From the sequence record DRR723986_22298: a stretch of DNA of 39,484 nt; one strand, written 5' to 3'. The position numbers and the translations under genes were made by a program. The stretch's first letter is position 1. Every line of letters begins with the position of its first letter. The notes below the pieces were generated by a model. It did no database searches, was not told the DNA's origin, and saw nothing but the letters and a program-made list of their open reading frames with translations. Below are positions 39,392 to 39,484 of this stretch, piece after piece.

Positions 39392-39484
39392 ACAAACTAC
39401 TTGAGCTAAATACGTTTATAAGTATATCCGCTTTAGTTCCAGTATGAAGTCAATAGCAAAAAAGGATATCTTAAACTTAAGAAT

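Noticed and set aside
1..39484. Mobile elements, defence systems and structural RNA genes
   Set aside because: No transposase, integrase, phage, restriction or toxin gene was recognised, and intergenic gaps are short with no tRNA or rRNA pattern visible by eye. Covariance-model searches were not run.

Overview
An AT-rich Bacteroidota chromosomal segment. The gene families (HTCS, SusC/SusD, many lipoproteins, a TAnnTTTG-type promoter) resemble Cyclobacteriaceae such as Algoriphagus; this is an inference, no search was run. Bases 1-12.7 kb are housekeeping or envelope genes: tail of an unknown gene, rfbB, an M1 peptidase, a 58-aa Hc1 histone-like gene missed by the ORF track, a probable sulfonolipid cysteate acyltransferase (SulA/CapB type) divergent from accC-DUF1015-maf, an sdaAB-TolC-adaptor operon with no transporter, and a PabC-like class IV aminotransferase. 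Bases 12.8-36.8 kb are one same-strand carbohydrate block: an SSS symporter-xylB-xylA xylose operon, then a PUL with HTCS, GH5, SusC, SusD, a surface glycan-binding protein, an FG-GAP/ASPIC-UnbV protein, GH9 and an O-acetylesterase. The window ends with an alpha/beta hydrolase, a lipoprotein and a small beta-barrel protein. No rRNA, tRNA, CRISPR array or mobile element was seen. Best leads: a possible serine/phosphoserine-to-cysteate-to-sulfonolipid neighbourhood, a shared tandem operator in front of GH5 and susC, a 33-codon uORF overlapping the susC start, and the uncharacterised double-propeller protein inside the PUL.
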